Assembly (NCBI GenBank): GCA_038063455.1
Contig: JBBTVB010000001.1
Coordinates: forward strand, 13,719-77,718
Source of the DNA: Patescibacteria group bacterium
GTDB taxonomy: Bacteria > Patescibacteriota > Patescibacteriia > PEXW01
Direction of reading: 5' to 3'
Length of the DNA stretch: 64,000 nt
Below are positions 10,976 through 18,687 of this stretch, piece by piece; positions within the stretch are counted from its first letter, which is position 1; each line of letters starts with the position of its first letter. The notes under the pieces are model-generated. The model was not told the DNA's origin. It saw nothing but the letters and a program-made list of their open reading frames with translations, and ran no database searches. The translations under genes and the position numbers were made by a program.

Positions 10976-11335
10976 ATGAACGTCGAAAAAATCGGCGTGA
11001 ATGATCCGCGCACAATAACCATTCACACCCGAAACTCGGAGTACACCTGTAGTCAGCCGAATGTCGCCAAACAGCGCCGCTTCTTTAAAGACGGAAAGTT
11101 TCTTTTTGAGGGCTTTATTTATGGCGTCGCTTTAATGGCAGATACCGCTGAGAGAGTTCTTGCCGGCATGAAGATAAAATTTACGGAAATGAAGCCGCTA
11201 GGTGATGGTCGTCAAAGTATAGGCTGCACGGATATTTTCGTTGGCCATGCAGCAGTGTTTCATTTTACCAACCTGAATACTTTCGAGTTGGACAGCTATG
11301 TGACTTCCGACGTTATAAAAATCGAAATCGATTGA
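10976..11335 (+). CDS. hypothetical protein (119 aa)
   Basis: AGGAGGTTGT-ATG at 10976; a strong terminator follows immediately. Confidence 0.65.
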   Translation: MNVEKIGVNDPRTITIHTRNSEYTCSQPNVAKQRRFFKDGKFLFEGFIYGVALMADTAERVLAGMKIKFTEMKPLGDGRQSIGCTDIFVGHAAVFHFTNLNTFELDSYVTSDVIKIEID

Positions 11336-11356
11336 TTGTCAGATTGTACTTTTACA

Positions 11357-11387
11357 AAAGACCGGGAATGTGTACCGGTCTTTTTTC
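11357..11387 (+). terminator. intrinsic terminator
   Basis: AAAGACCGG / CCGGTCTTT stem followed by a T-run. Confidence 0.8.
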
Positions 11388-11422
11388 TTGTCTCCACAAA
11401 CATATTCCCGTACCCTAGAGGC

Positions 11423-12004
11423 ATGCCAATCCGCAAAGCTCCACCCAAAAAATTGAAACCCCTCAACCGCGGCGTGACCATTGCCTACATTGGTGATGGC
11501 AAAGGCAAGACCACGGCCGCAGTTGGGGTGGCCACACGCGCAGCCGGCTATGGCTGGAAAGTCCTCTTCTTCCAATTCTACAAAAGTCCAGACTGGCCGT
11601 CGGGCGAGCGGGAGGCTTTGCGCAAACTGGGTGTCGACGTAGAAGTGCACGGCCAGGGCTTTGTGGGAATTTTGGGCGACCGCAAACCACTAGCCCAACA
11701 CAAAGCTGCAGCAAAAAAAGCCTTAGACCGAGCATGGATGCTCATCCATTCGGGCAAATACCAGCTGGTGGTTTTGGACGAGATTATTTCGTGCTTGGAG
11801 CAAAAGCTTTTCCCGGTGTCTGTGGTTGTGGCAATGCTGAAAAAGCATGCTGCATCGCCAACCGCAAAAAACGTTCACCTAGTTATGACTGGTCACGAAA
11901 AGTTTGCAGCCTTGCTCAAGCAGGTTGACCTAGTGACAGAAATGAAAATGCTGAAGCATCCGTACTACAAAGGCTTCATTGCGGTGAAGGGGATTGATTA
12001 CTAA
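11423..12004 (+). CDS. cobO: ATP:cob(I)alamin adenosyltransferase (CobA/CobO/BtuR family)
   Basis: P-loop GDGKGKTTAA, VVLDEI, and a C-terminal HPYYKG...KGIDY typical of the family. Start taken at ATG 11423, downstream of the preceding terminator. Confidence 0.85.
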   Translation: MPIRKAPPKKLKPLNRGVTIAYIGDGKGKTTAAVGVATRAAGYGWKVLFFQFYKSPDWPSGEREALRKLGVDVEVHGQGFVGILGDRKPLAQHKAAAKKALDRAWMLIHSGKYQLVVLDEIISCLEQKLFPVSVVVAMLKKHAASPTAKNVHLVMTGHEKFAALLKQVDLVTEMKMLKHPYYKGFIAVKGIDY

Positions 12005-12068
12005 TATGTTGTTGACTTTTTACTAGGCACGTATATTATGTAGTCAAAATACATATTGAGGAGGAAGC

Positions 12069-12212
12069 ATGTGGGAATTAGTAGGGTTTATAGTCACTAG
12101 TATTGTTCTCTCTTTTGTTGGAGCTCTGATCCTTAACTTTCGAAGCTGGGAAGACCTACGTGAGGCTTTTGGGAGATCCAAAAGTAAGACCGACAACCCT
12201 ACAAAACAGTAG
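12069..12212 (+). CDS. small single-TM peptide (47 aa, MWELVGFIVTSIVLSFVGALILNF...)
   Basis: Absent from the ORF track (under 60 aa). Has GAGGAGGAAGC-ATG, an upstream TTGACT-16-TATTAT, and a terminator overlapping the stop codon. Confidence 0.6.
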   Translation: MWELVGFIVTSIVLSFVGALILNFRSWEDLREAFGRSKSKTDNPTKQ

Positions 12213-12225
12213 GGTTGTTTTTTTT
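12194..12225 (+). terminator. intrinsic terminator
   Basis: CAACCCT / AGGGTTG stem followed by T8. Confidence 0.8.
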
Positions 12226-12238
12226 AGGTAGTCTGGTA

Positions 12239-12468
12239 TGGTAGATATGCTTTGAAAATTGAGCAGGCAAACCGGTGCGCCCCTCGACAAGCTCGGGATC
12301 AGGCAATTCCGGTACGGTCCCGCCACGGTATCCCGGCCCAGCAATGGGCGCAGGGGAGTCCGACGCCTATCTTGCCTCCTGGCAGGATGAAGATAAATCC
12401 TTCGGGAAAAAGGTCGAACAAGGATGGAACCCGTCCTGCGACTGCCCTGATGTCGCAGCTATTTTCGT
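12239..12468 (+). promoter_or_regulatory. candidate cobalamin riboswitch: extended -10 promoter, aptamer at about 12255-12385, terminator-type platform at 12436-12468
   Basis: TGgTAGATA at 12239-12247. The core GGGATCAGGCAATTCCGGTACGGTCCCGCCACGGTA resembles the conserved GGGAA..GGTG..AA..CC....C.G..CCCGC..C.GTA block. A B12-box-like AGTCCGACGCCT is present. The hairpin CTGCGAC/GTCGCAG is followed by CTATTTT. The downstream genes fit B12 uptake. Confidence 0.55.
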
Positions 12469-12488
12469 ATGTATAATACGTCATATCT

Positions 12489-12875
12489 ATGGAATTTTTG
12501 AAACGTTTCCGCATCCCGTTCTTAAGTGTTTTGGTTATCGCTGCACTCGCTGGGGTTGGGGTCTATGCATACCAGCATCGTACGGTTGCGTATACAGACT
12601 GCGCTAACGTTAACGCCCAGGCTGTTGCTACGACCTTTACGTATCCTGGGAAAGACGGCACGACCGCGCTTGAGCTGCTCAAGGGCAAGTATCCAAAGAC
12701 GAGCACCAAGAGCATGGCAGCGTTGGGTGAATTTGTGACCGGTATTAATTGTCGCGAAGCGGGGAAGAGCGAGTACTGGCAGTTTTTTGTGAACGGGAAA
12801 TCATCCGACGTCGGTGCAGGTTCGTACACCAGCAAGTCCACCGATACCATTGAGTGGAAACTGACGTCTTTCTAA
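12489..12875 (+). CDS. membrane-anchored DUF4430 / transcobalamin-C-terminal-like domain protein (putative corrinoid-binding)
   Basis: N-terminal TM/signal anchor. C-terminal YWQFFVNGKSSDVGAGSYTSKSTDTIEWKL matches the W.y.VNG....G...Y.l..gD.i.W pattern I associate with DUF4430. Confidence 0.75.
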   Translation: MEFLKRFRIPFLSVLVIAALAGVGVYAYQHRTVAYTDCANVNAQAVATTFTYPGKDGTTALELLKGKYPKTSTKSMAALGEFVTGINCREAGKSEYWQFFVNGKSSDVGAGSYTSKSTDTIEWKLTSF

Positions 12876-12885
12876 ACTCACGGAC

Positions 12886-13431
12886 ATGCACATCCGACGA
12901 TATCTTACGCCAACCAACATCGTGCTTGTGGTGCTTGTGGCATTTGCCAGTGTTGCGCGCTTGCTGCCCCACCCCCCGAATTTTGCCCCGGTGGCGGCAG
13001 TCGCGCTCTTTAGTGGCGTGTACTTGGGTAAGCGCGCGTCGTTGATTGCCCCAGTAGTAGCCATGGTTATTTCTGACGCCTTCTTGGGTTTTCATAACCT
13101 CGTATTCTTTACCTGGGGCGGCATGGCCCTGGTCGGCATTCTTGGTTGGTGGGTGCGCGAACGCAAAGGCGCGCGGATGATTGTGGCCGGCTCGCTGGCT
13201 GGCTCGGCGCTGTTCTACGTCCTGACCAATTTTGGGGCGTGGCTTACCAACCATGGCGGGTTGTACACGTACGATATAGCTGGACTGACGCAAGGGTTTA
13301 TCAACGGCCTTCCTTTCCTGCGCAATACCGTGGCCGGTGACCTGTTCTACACCGGAGTATTCTTCGGTATCGCGGAAATTGCTGTAGCGTGGGAGCGGAG
13401 CCGGGCCAAGCGCCAGGCAGTGCGCGCCTAA
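12886..13431 (+). CDS. integral membrane protein, ECF S-component-like (putative corrinoid transporter subunit)
   Basis: 181 aa with 5-6 TM helices and an HPPNFAPVAAVALFSG motif. Separated by 10 nt from the DUF4430 gene, so probably co-transcribed. Confidence 0.7.
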   Translation: MHIRRYLTPTNIVLVVLVAFASVARLLPHPPNFAPVAAVALFSGVYLGKRASLIAPVVAMVISDAFLGFHNLVFFTWGGMALVGILGWWVRERKGARMIVAGSLAGSALFYVLTNFGAWLTNHGGLYTYDIAGLTQGFINGLPFLRNTVAGDLFYTGVFFGIAEIAVAWERSRAKRQAVRA

Positions 13432-13498
13432 GGGGAAACTGCACGCCCGAGTATGCGGCCCGCGAGGGGCTTTGCGTTACCCTGGGAATCGCAGTACT

Positions 13499-14413
13499 AT
13501 GGGGCCTATGCGGAACTACCGTCGGTACACCTCAGCTTCGGGGCATATTGTTGGGCGCAGCCGGGGTACCCCCCCAGATCGCAGCCGGTTGGTGGTGGGG
13601 ATTGTTATTGTTGGCCTGATTTTGCTCTTCGTGGCGTACCTGCGCACCGGCAAGAAGGCGACGCCTGCAACTACCAGCAATACGAATGTCAGCACCAACG
13701 TGGCAGTGAGTGTGCCGCGGGCGGCAGGTTTGAGCACCGCTGCCTGTCCGAGCATACTTGACCGCGCGAATACCACCGAGAAAGCGGTCGCCCTTACGCT
13801 GGATATTGGCACTGTCCCTGGCGATCTATCAAAGACTCTCCCTGCGGCAAAAACTGCAGGCGTACCCGTTGCGTTTTTTATAACCGGGAAGCTCGTAGAA
13901 AATGATAAGGCGGCGGTAGAAAGCATCCGGGATGCGGGTTTCCCGATATACAACCATAGCTACGACAACCTCCGGTTTTCCAAACTGACGACCAAGGAAG
14001 TGCAGGCGCAGCTGCAAGCAACCGACGACCTGATTCGCAGCGTGACGAATGTGTCGACCAAGCCGTACGCGCGTCTGCCTTTTGGCGATAGTTCTGCCGA
14101 GGCGATTTCGGCAATGCGGGCTGCGGGCTACTGCGCGCTGACCTGGACCGTGGATGGTTTGGATATAAGTTCAACGGCAACCGTGCAGAGCGTTACCCAA
14201 CGCGTGCAGACCTACATAAAACCCGGCGGGATTATCCTGCTGCATGCCGGTAGCGACTTGGCCTACGCGGCAATTCCGGAAGTTGTGCGCACGCTGCAAG
14301 CGCAAGGCTACCGCTTTGTTGCGCTCGACGACCTGTTCCGCATAGCGGCGCCGATCAGCACCAATACGAATACCGCTACCGCAAACACGAACACGCCAGC
14401 GAGTCAGGAATAA
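13499..14413 (+). CDS. polysaccharide deacetylase (NodB homology domain), membrane-anchored
   Basis: TM anchor followed by ALTLDIG, HSYDN and LLHAGS blocks. ATG 13499 is preferred over TTG 13472. Confidence 0.85.
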   Translation: MGPMRNYRRYTSASGHIVGRSRGTPPDRSRLVVGIVIVGLILLFVAYLRTGKKATPATTSNTNVSTNVAVSVPRAAGLSTAACPSILDRANTTEKAVALTLDIGTVPGDLSKTLPAAKTAGVPVAFFITGKLVENDKAAVESIRDAGFPIYNHSYDNLRFSKLTTKEVQAQLQATDDLIRSVTNVSTKPYARLPFGDSSAEAISAMRAAGYCALTWTVDGLDISSTATVQSVTQRVQTYIKPGGIILLHAGSDLAYAAIPEVVRTLQAQGYRFVALDDLFRIAAPISTNTNTATANTNTPASQE

Positions 14414-14474
14414 ATCCGCAAGTCTACTACACAGTGTGGTATACTGTTTTTACTCGCATTTTTTGCGCATACCT

Positions 14475-15707
14475 ATGAACGATTTGCCAACCCCACCCCC
14501 GAAGCCGCAACCAACCGTGACGCAGCGTACGCTGGTCGGCGCAATCTTGCTGAGCATTGTGCTGGGGGCGCTGGCTGGGGCACTGGGCGGGGCCATGAGC
14601 TCTGGCCGTTTTGACACTTGGTTCCGCCAGGTTTTTGGCACCCAGGGAGATGCCATAGCTACCACCCCGTCAACAAAAAATGTGACCGTGCAGGAAGAGT
14701 CGGCAACTGTTGACGTTATTAAAAAGGTAAAAGGCTCGGTGGTGAGCATTATCGTGAGCAAAGATTTGAGCAAAATCTACAATCAATCGAACAACGCTTT
14801 TCCGTTCGACTTTTTTGGCATCCAGCAACCGGTGCCGCAAGGCAAGCGAGAGGTTGGCGGGGGCTCGGGCTTCATCGTTAGCGCGGACGGCTACATTATG
14901 ACCAACAAGCACGTGGTGGAAGACACCGACGCCGAGTACACGGTGCTCACCAACGACGCCAAGCGCTACACGGCAAAAATTATTGCCACCGACCCAGTCA
15001 ACGACCTGGCCGTGCTGAAGATTGATGCCAAAGACCTTACGCCCGTTGCTTTTGGCGACTCCACGGCATTGGATATTGGCCAAACCGTTATTGCCATAGG
15101 GAACGCGTTGGGTCAGTATCGCAATACCGTTACCAAAGGGGTTATCTCGGGGTTAGCGCGTCGCGTGACCGCCGGCGACGGCCAGTCTACCGAGACGCTG
15201 GAAGATGTTATCCAGACTGATGCGGCCATCAATCCGGGCAACTCCGGCGGGCCGCTGCTTAACATCGATGGCCAAGTGATTGGGGTGAACACCGCGGTGA
15301 GCCAGGAAGGCCAGCTGATTGGCTTTGCCATCCCAGTGAACCAGGCCAAGCTCGTGTTCGAGAGTGTGAAGAAGCATGGCAAGATCGTTCGTTCATTCCT
15401 GGGCGTGCGCTACGTGCCCGTGACCAAAGCCCTGCAAGAGCAGAACAAGCTGAGCGTGGACTACGGTGTGCTTATTCAGCGCGGCAACACGCAGGGCGAG
15501 CTGGCGGTTATTCCCGGCAGCCCAGCCGATAAAGCTGGCCTGGTGGAAAACGACATTATTCTAGAAATTGGCGGCCAAAAGTTGGAAGGCGATACCAGCT
15601 TGGCCAGCCTTATTCAAAAGCGCGCGCCAGGCGAGAGTATTACCCTTAAAGTACTGAGCAAGAGTAAGGAAAAAAGCGTTACGGTGACGCTGGAAGAGTT
15701 GAAGTGA
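14475..15707 (+). CDS. htrA: HtrA/DegP-family serine protease with PDZ domain
   Basis: TNKHVV (His), DLAVLK (Asp) and GNSGGPL (Ser) triad blocks with a C-terminal PDZ domain. TGgTATACT promoter at about 14441-14449. Confidence 0.9.
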   Translation: MNDLPTPPPKPQPTVTQRTLVGAILLSIVLGALAGALGGAMSSGRFDTWFRQVFGTQGDAIATTPSTKNVTVQEESATVDVIKKVKGSVVSIIVSKDLSKIYNQSNNAFPFDFFGIQQPVPQGKREVGGGSGFIVSADGYIMTNKHVVEDTDAEYTVLTNDAKRYTAKIIATDPVNDLAVLKIDAKDLTPVAFGDSTALDIGQTVIAIGNALGQYRNTVTKGVISGLARRVTAGDGQSTETLEDVIQTDAAINPGNSGGPLLNIDGQVIGVNTAVSQEGQLIGFAIPVNQAKLVFESVKKHGKIVRSFLGVRYVPVTKALQEQNKLSVDYGVLIQRGNTQGELAVIPGSPADKAGLVENDIILEIGGQKLEGDTSLASLIQKRAPGESITLKVLSKSKEKSVTVTLEELK

Positions 15708-15765
15708 GGAGCGTATAGTCAATAGCATATGGTTTTTGCATCTGAGCTATTTGCTATACGCCATT

Positions 15766-15801
15766 AAAAAACCCGCACTGGATAAACCAATGCGGATTTT
15801 T
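15766..15801. terminator. bidirectional hairpin terminator
   Basis: CCGCACTGG / CCAATGCGG stem flanked by A6 and T5; lies between convergent genes. Confidence 0.6.
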
Positions 15802-15814
15802 GAAAAAGATAATT

Positions 15815-16432
15815 CTATTTGCTGTTTGCGAAACGAGCTGCAGGATCATTTTTCAGCCATTCGAGACCGAAATAGCTCCAGTGTAGGATCACTTTGCCCG
15901 CGCGCACGTTGAGACACGGGACGCGGAGGTGACCGTCGCGGCGCCGCACAACTGATTTCCAGAAGTATACGGTTTTATTACCGAATATCTTTTGAAATGC
16001 AGGTACGCCGAGCTTTTGGATCGCCAGAGCGTCAGTGAGGCCAAGGCAGGACTCGAGCATGGCTTTCTTCTTGAGGTAGTCATATATGATCAGTCCATTG
16101 GTGACGCCTCTTTTCTGGTCGTTATGAAGCCATAACTCTACTGCAGTAGTAAGGTCATACTCGCTGGAACCGGTATTTTCCAATTCCGGATGCATCAGTA
16201 CTTTCAAGCAGGGGTAGGTTGGGCTAACCGAACGGTCTACACGGACGATGGTGTTGGCAGAAGTTTTTTCTTTGTGTGTAACCTTTACAATTTCTGAACG
16301 TCCATGTAGGACATCGAGCATTCCTGGCAAGTTATTACACTGACCAAGAAGAGTTATATCTGCAGCAGTAAAGCCTGCCGCTTCCAATTTTTCCATCAAC
16401 TGATGGACTTGACCTTCTGAATACGAAGACAT
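15815..16432 (-). CDS. hypothetical protein (206 aa) with a C-terminal module related to the CDS at 45720 and 46565
   Basis: AAAGGAGAGAAGAC-ATG at 16432. The tail ...DGHLRVPCLNVRAGKVILHWSYFGLEWLKNDPAARF aligns with ...EGYRCVAYAELNDFGRNLGLRGFGDRWFGQCRF of the 45720 CDS. Confidence 0.7.
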   Translation of the reverse strand: MSSYSEGQVHQLMEKLEAAGFTAADITLLGQCNNLPGMLDVLHGRSEIVKVTHKEKTSANTIVRVDRSVSPTYPCLKVLMHPELENTGSSEYDLTTAVELWLHNDQKRGVTNGLIIYDYLKKKAMLESCLGLTDALAIQKLGVPAFQKIFGNKTVYFWKSVVRRRDGHLRVPCLNVRAGKVILHWSYFGLEWLKNDPAARFANSK

Positions 16433-16626
16433 GTCTTCTCTCCTTTTGTGGCACATGTGCCGTTGTTTTTTTGCTAGCGGGCTATCTCTGTGGTAGCCAT
16501 AGCCAGAAAACACCGAATGCATCTCGGTCACTTTTGGCTATGGCCATTTATTGTAAGTGGATTGTCAATGTGCGCGGAATTACAGCCCACCTTAGCACCG
16601 TGGGATGGTTTGTCAATATTCCCTTT

Positions 16627-16752
16627 GTCATTCCGAGTGCCGCAACGGCGGCGCGACCTGCCCGCCGTACTTCGCTGGCGAAGGCAGGCGGGGGAATCTC
16701 GAATTTTCTCTCCAAATGCGAGATTCCTCCTCTCTCCGGTTGTCGGAATGAC
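16627..16752. repeat. MITE-like element, copy A (GTCATTCCG ... CGGAATGAC termini)
   Basis: 9-bp terminal inverted repeat enclosing nested hairpins (GGAATCTCG/CGAGATTCC). Same termini family as 53411 and 56044. Confidence 0.6.
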
Positions 16753-16766
16753 AGAATAGGAAGGCG

Positions 16767-16805
16767 AGCTTTACAGTCCTACCGCTTTACAGCTATCTTC
16801 CCCTC
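16767..16805 (+). promoter_or_regulatory. conserved 39-nt start-proximal module (AGCTTTAC...CAGCTATCTT-N6-ATG), putative promoter of a leaderless prfB mRNA
   Basis: Same motif at the same 39-nt distance from the ATG as upstream of the arnT-like gene and smpB. Confidence 0.5.
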
Positions 16806-17904
16806 ATGCCCAGTCTCACCGACCAGATCCGCGACCTCCAGGCGAAGCTTGCTTCGACTTGGGGGTTACTTTGACCTAGACCAGCGTCGGCAAAAACTCG
16901 GCGAACTTGACGACCAGATGGCGCAAGTTGATTTTTGGGCTGACCAGGAAAACGCGCGCAACGTAAGCCAGCAAGCTGAAGCCTTGCGCAAAGAAGTGGG
17001 GGAGTGGCAACAGCTGAAGGCCAACCTGGATGACCTAGGTAATTTAGCTGACGAGACTCATGAAGACGCGAAGCTGACCAAAGAAATTACGGAGCAGTTT
17101 GCCCAACTGAAAAAGCAGTTTGACGGTTTGGAGTTTCAGGTGCTGCTCGCCGGCGAGTACGATAGTAAGGACGCAATTTTTTCCGTCCACGCCGGCACGG
17201 GTGGTACCGACGCCCAGGATTGGGCCGAGATGCTGCTACGTATGCTGTTGCGTTTCTGTGAACGCCAAGGCTGGAGCGCGCGCGTCGTTGATGAATCGAA
17301 GGGCCAAGAAGCGGGTATAAAAAGTGCGACCGTTATTGTCCGTGGTCGATGGGCCTATGGCTACTTGAAGAGCGAAGCAGGTGTGCACCGCCTGGTGCGT
17401 ATTTCACCCTACGACGCGGAGAAGATGCGCCATACCTCATTTGCGCTGGTCGAAGTGTTACCCGAGTTTGCGGATGTGGAAGAGCAGGCGATTGACGAGA
17501 AAGATTTGCGCGTGGATACGTATCTCTCATCTGGTCACGGTGGGCAGAGCGTGCAGACGACGTACTCGGCGGTGCGTATTGTGCACATCCCGACGGGCAT
17601 TACCGTGACCTGCCAGAACGAGCGCTCGCAGCGGCAGAACCGCGAGACCGCCATGTCTATCCTGCGCGCCAAGTTGCACCAGCTCAACATTTCCAAGCAG
17701 CAAGAAGAGAAACAGGCTTTGCGCGGGGCCTACAGCGAGGCGGCCTGGGGCAACCAAATTCGCAGCTACGTGCTGCAGCCGTACCAGCTGGTGAAAGACC
17801 ACCGCACCAGCGTGGAAACCACCAACCCGGACGATGTGCTCAATGGCCATTTGGAACCGTTCATGGAAGGCTACCTGCGCTGGCAGAAGGGTAAAGGCAA
17901 ATAA
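16806..17904 (+). CDS. prfB: peptide chain release factor 2 (programmed +1 frameshift at 16869-16875)
   Basis: Frame 0 reads MPSLTDQIRDLQAKLASTWGLL then TGA. The GGGGG-TTA-CTT-TGA-C site shifts into the frame encoding DLDQRRQKLGEL...SPYDAEKMRHTSF...GGQSVQTT. The ORF-track extension back to 16471 is non-coding read-through. Confidence 0.92.
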
Positions 17905-17941
17905 AAAGCAGCGCGAATGCACTGCTTAGAAGAATGCCGAA

Positions 17942-18571
17942 TTAGTAACCATTGCTTGTTTTAGCGAATGTTTTGATGTGTTCCAGTGCATCGGCAGCAG
18001 CTTGAAAACTGACGAATGCCTGGGCATCAATTTCATCTACCATGGGGCCGAGCACGGCTTGCATTTTTGGCAAACTTGGCCGTGTGTTAATTGCGCCGAA
18101 GCAGCCATTCCACAGTAGCAGCAATCTGGGCAAGGGCTGCCGCGTGAGCGTCAGTGTGGCATCACTCCGCTGCTCGTTAAGTAGGCAAAGGATAGTGCCA
18201 ATATTGCCGCGGTTAATATCGAGGCAGATAACTGTCGATGCAGAGCTTACAAACTGGCTTCGCTCCAGCGATGTGCCGTGTCGTTTTGTGTAGTAGCCGT
18301 CATTTTCTGTCCAGCGAGAGAGTACGCTGGTATGGATGTCATGGATGTAATGGGTAGTGACGTGCCGGAGCGATGACTCAAACGCCCCTTTACGCACTGC
18401 CTCAGATGTTCCACTTCCAGCCCCAGTAACTAAAATTTTGTTACCGGGTATGCGAGCTGGGCGGGCATGTGTACCTTCAGTATCTGGCATTGAGAGCTCT
18501 TTACCAAGCAGTATTGCAATGTTATTGATGTCCTGGTTTTCTTGGCGTTTGCCGAGTATGGCAATGTTCAT
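17942..18571 (-). CDS. LOG/SLOG-like Rossmann-fold nucleotide-binding protein
   Basis: GGAGGAACA-ATG at 18571. LVTGAGSGTSEAVRKGA and RGNIGTILCLLNE resemble the LOG-family GxGGxG and PGGxGTxxE motifs. Confidence 0.55.
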   Translation of the reverse strand: MNIAILGKRQENQDINNIAILLGKELSMPDTEGTHARPARIPGNKILVTGAGSGTSEAVRKGAFESSLRHVTTHYIHDIHTSVLSRWTENDGYYTKRHGTSLERSQFVSSASTVICLDINRGNIGTILCLLNEQRSDATLTLTRQPLPRLLLLWNGCFGAINTRPSLPKMQAVLGPMVDEIDAQAFVSFQAAADALEHIKTFAKTSNGY

Positions 18572-18687
18572 TGTTCCTCCACTGGTTCGTTTTGTTGCTT
18601 CGAACCTAGCATAGCTTGATATTGCTAGCAAATTGACAGGCGCGACGGTGGTCGGTACTCTAGGTATGCAAGAGGGCGAGGTCCACT

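Noticed and set aside
12275-12607. A 110-aa ORF and other ORFs overlapping the candidate riboswitch.
   Set aside because: They have no RBS and a low-complexity product, and they overlap a region better explained as structured RNA plus the start of the DUF4430 gene in another frame.
16471-16805. N-terminal extensions of prfB (from 16471), tatD (from 53409) and the 56186 gene (from 56102) given by the ORF track.
   Set aside because: The extensions translate MITE-like repeats and spacer DNA. The conserved protein N-termini begin at the internal ATGs, and for prfB at frame-0 ATG 16806 plus the frameshift.
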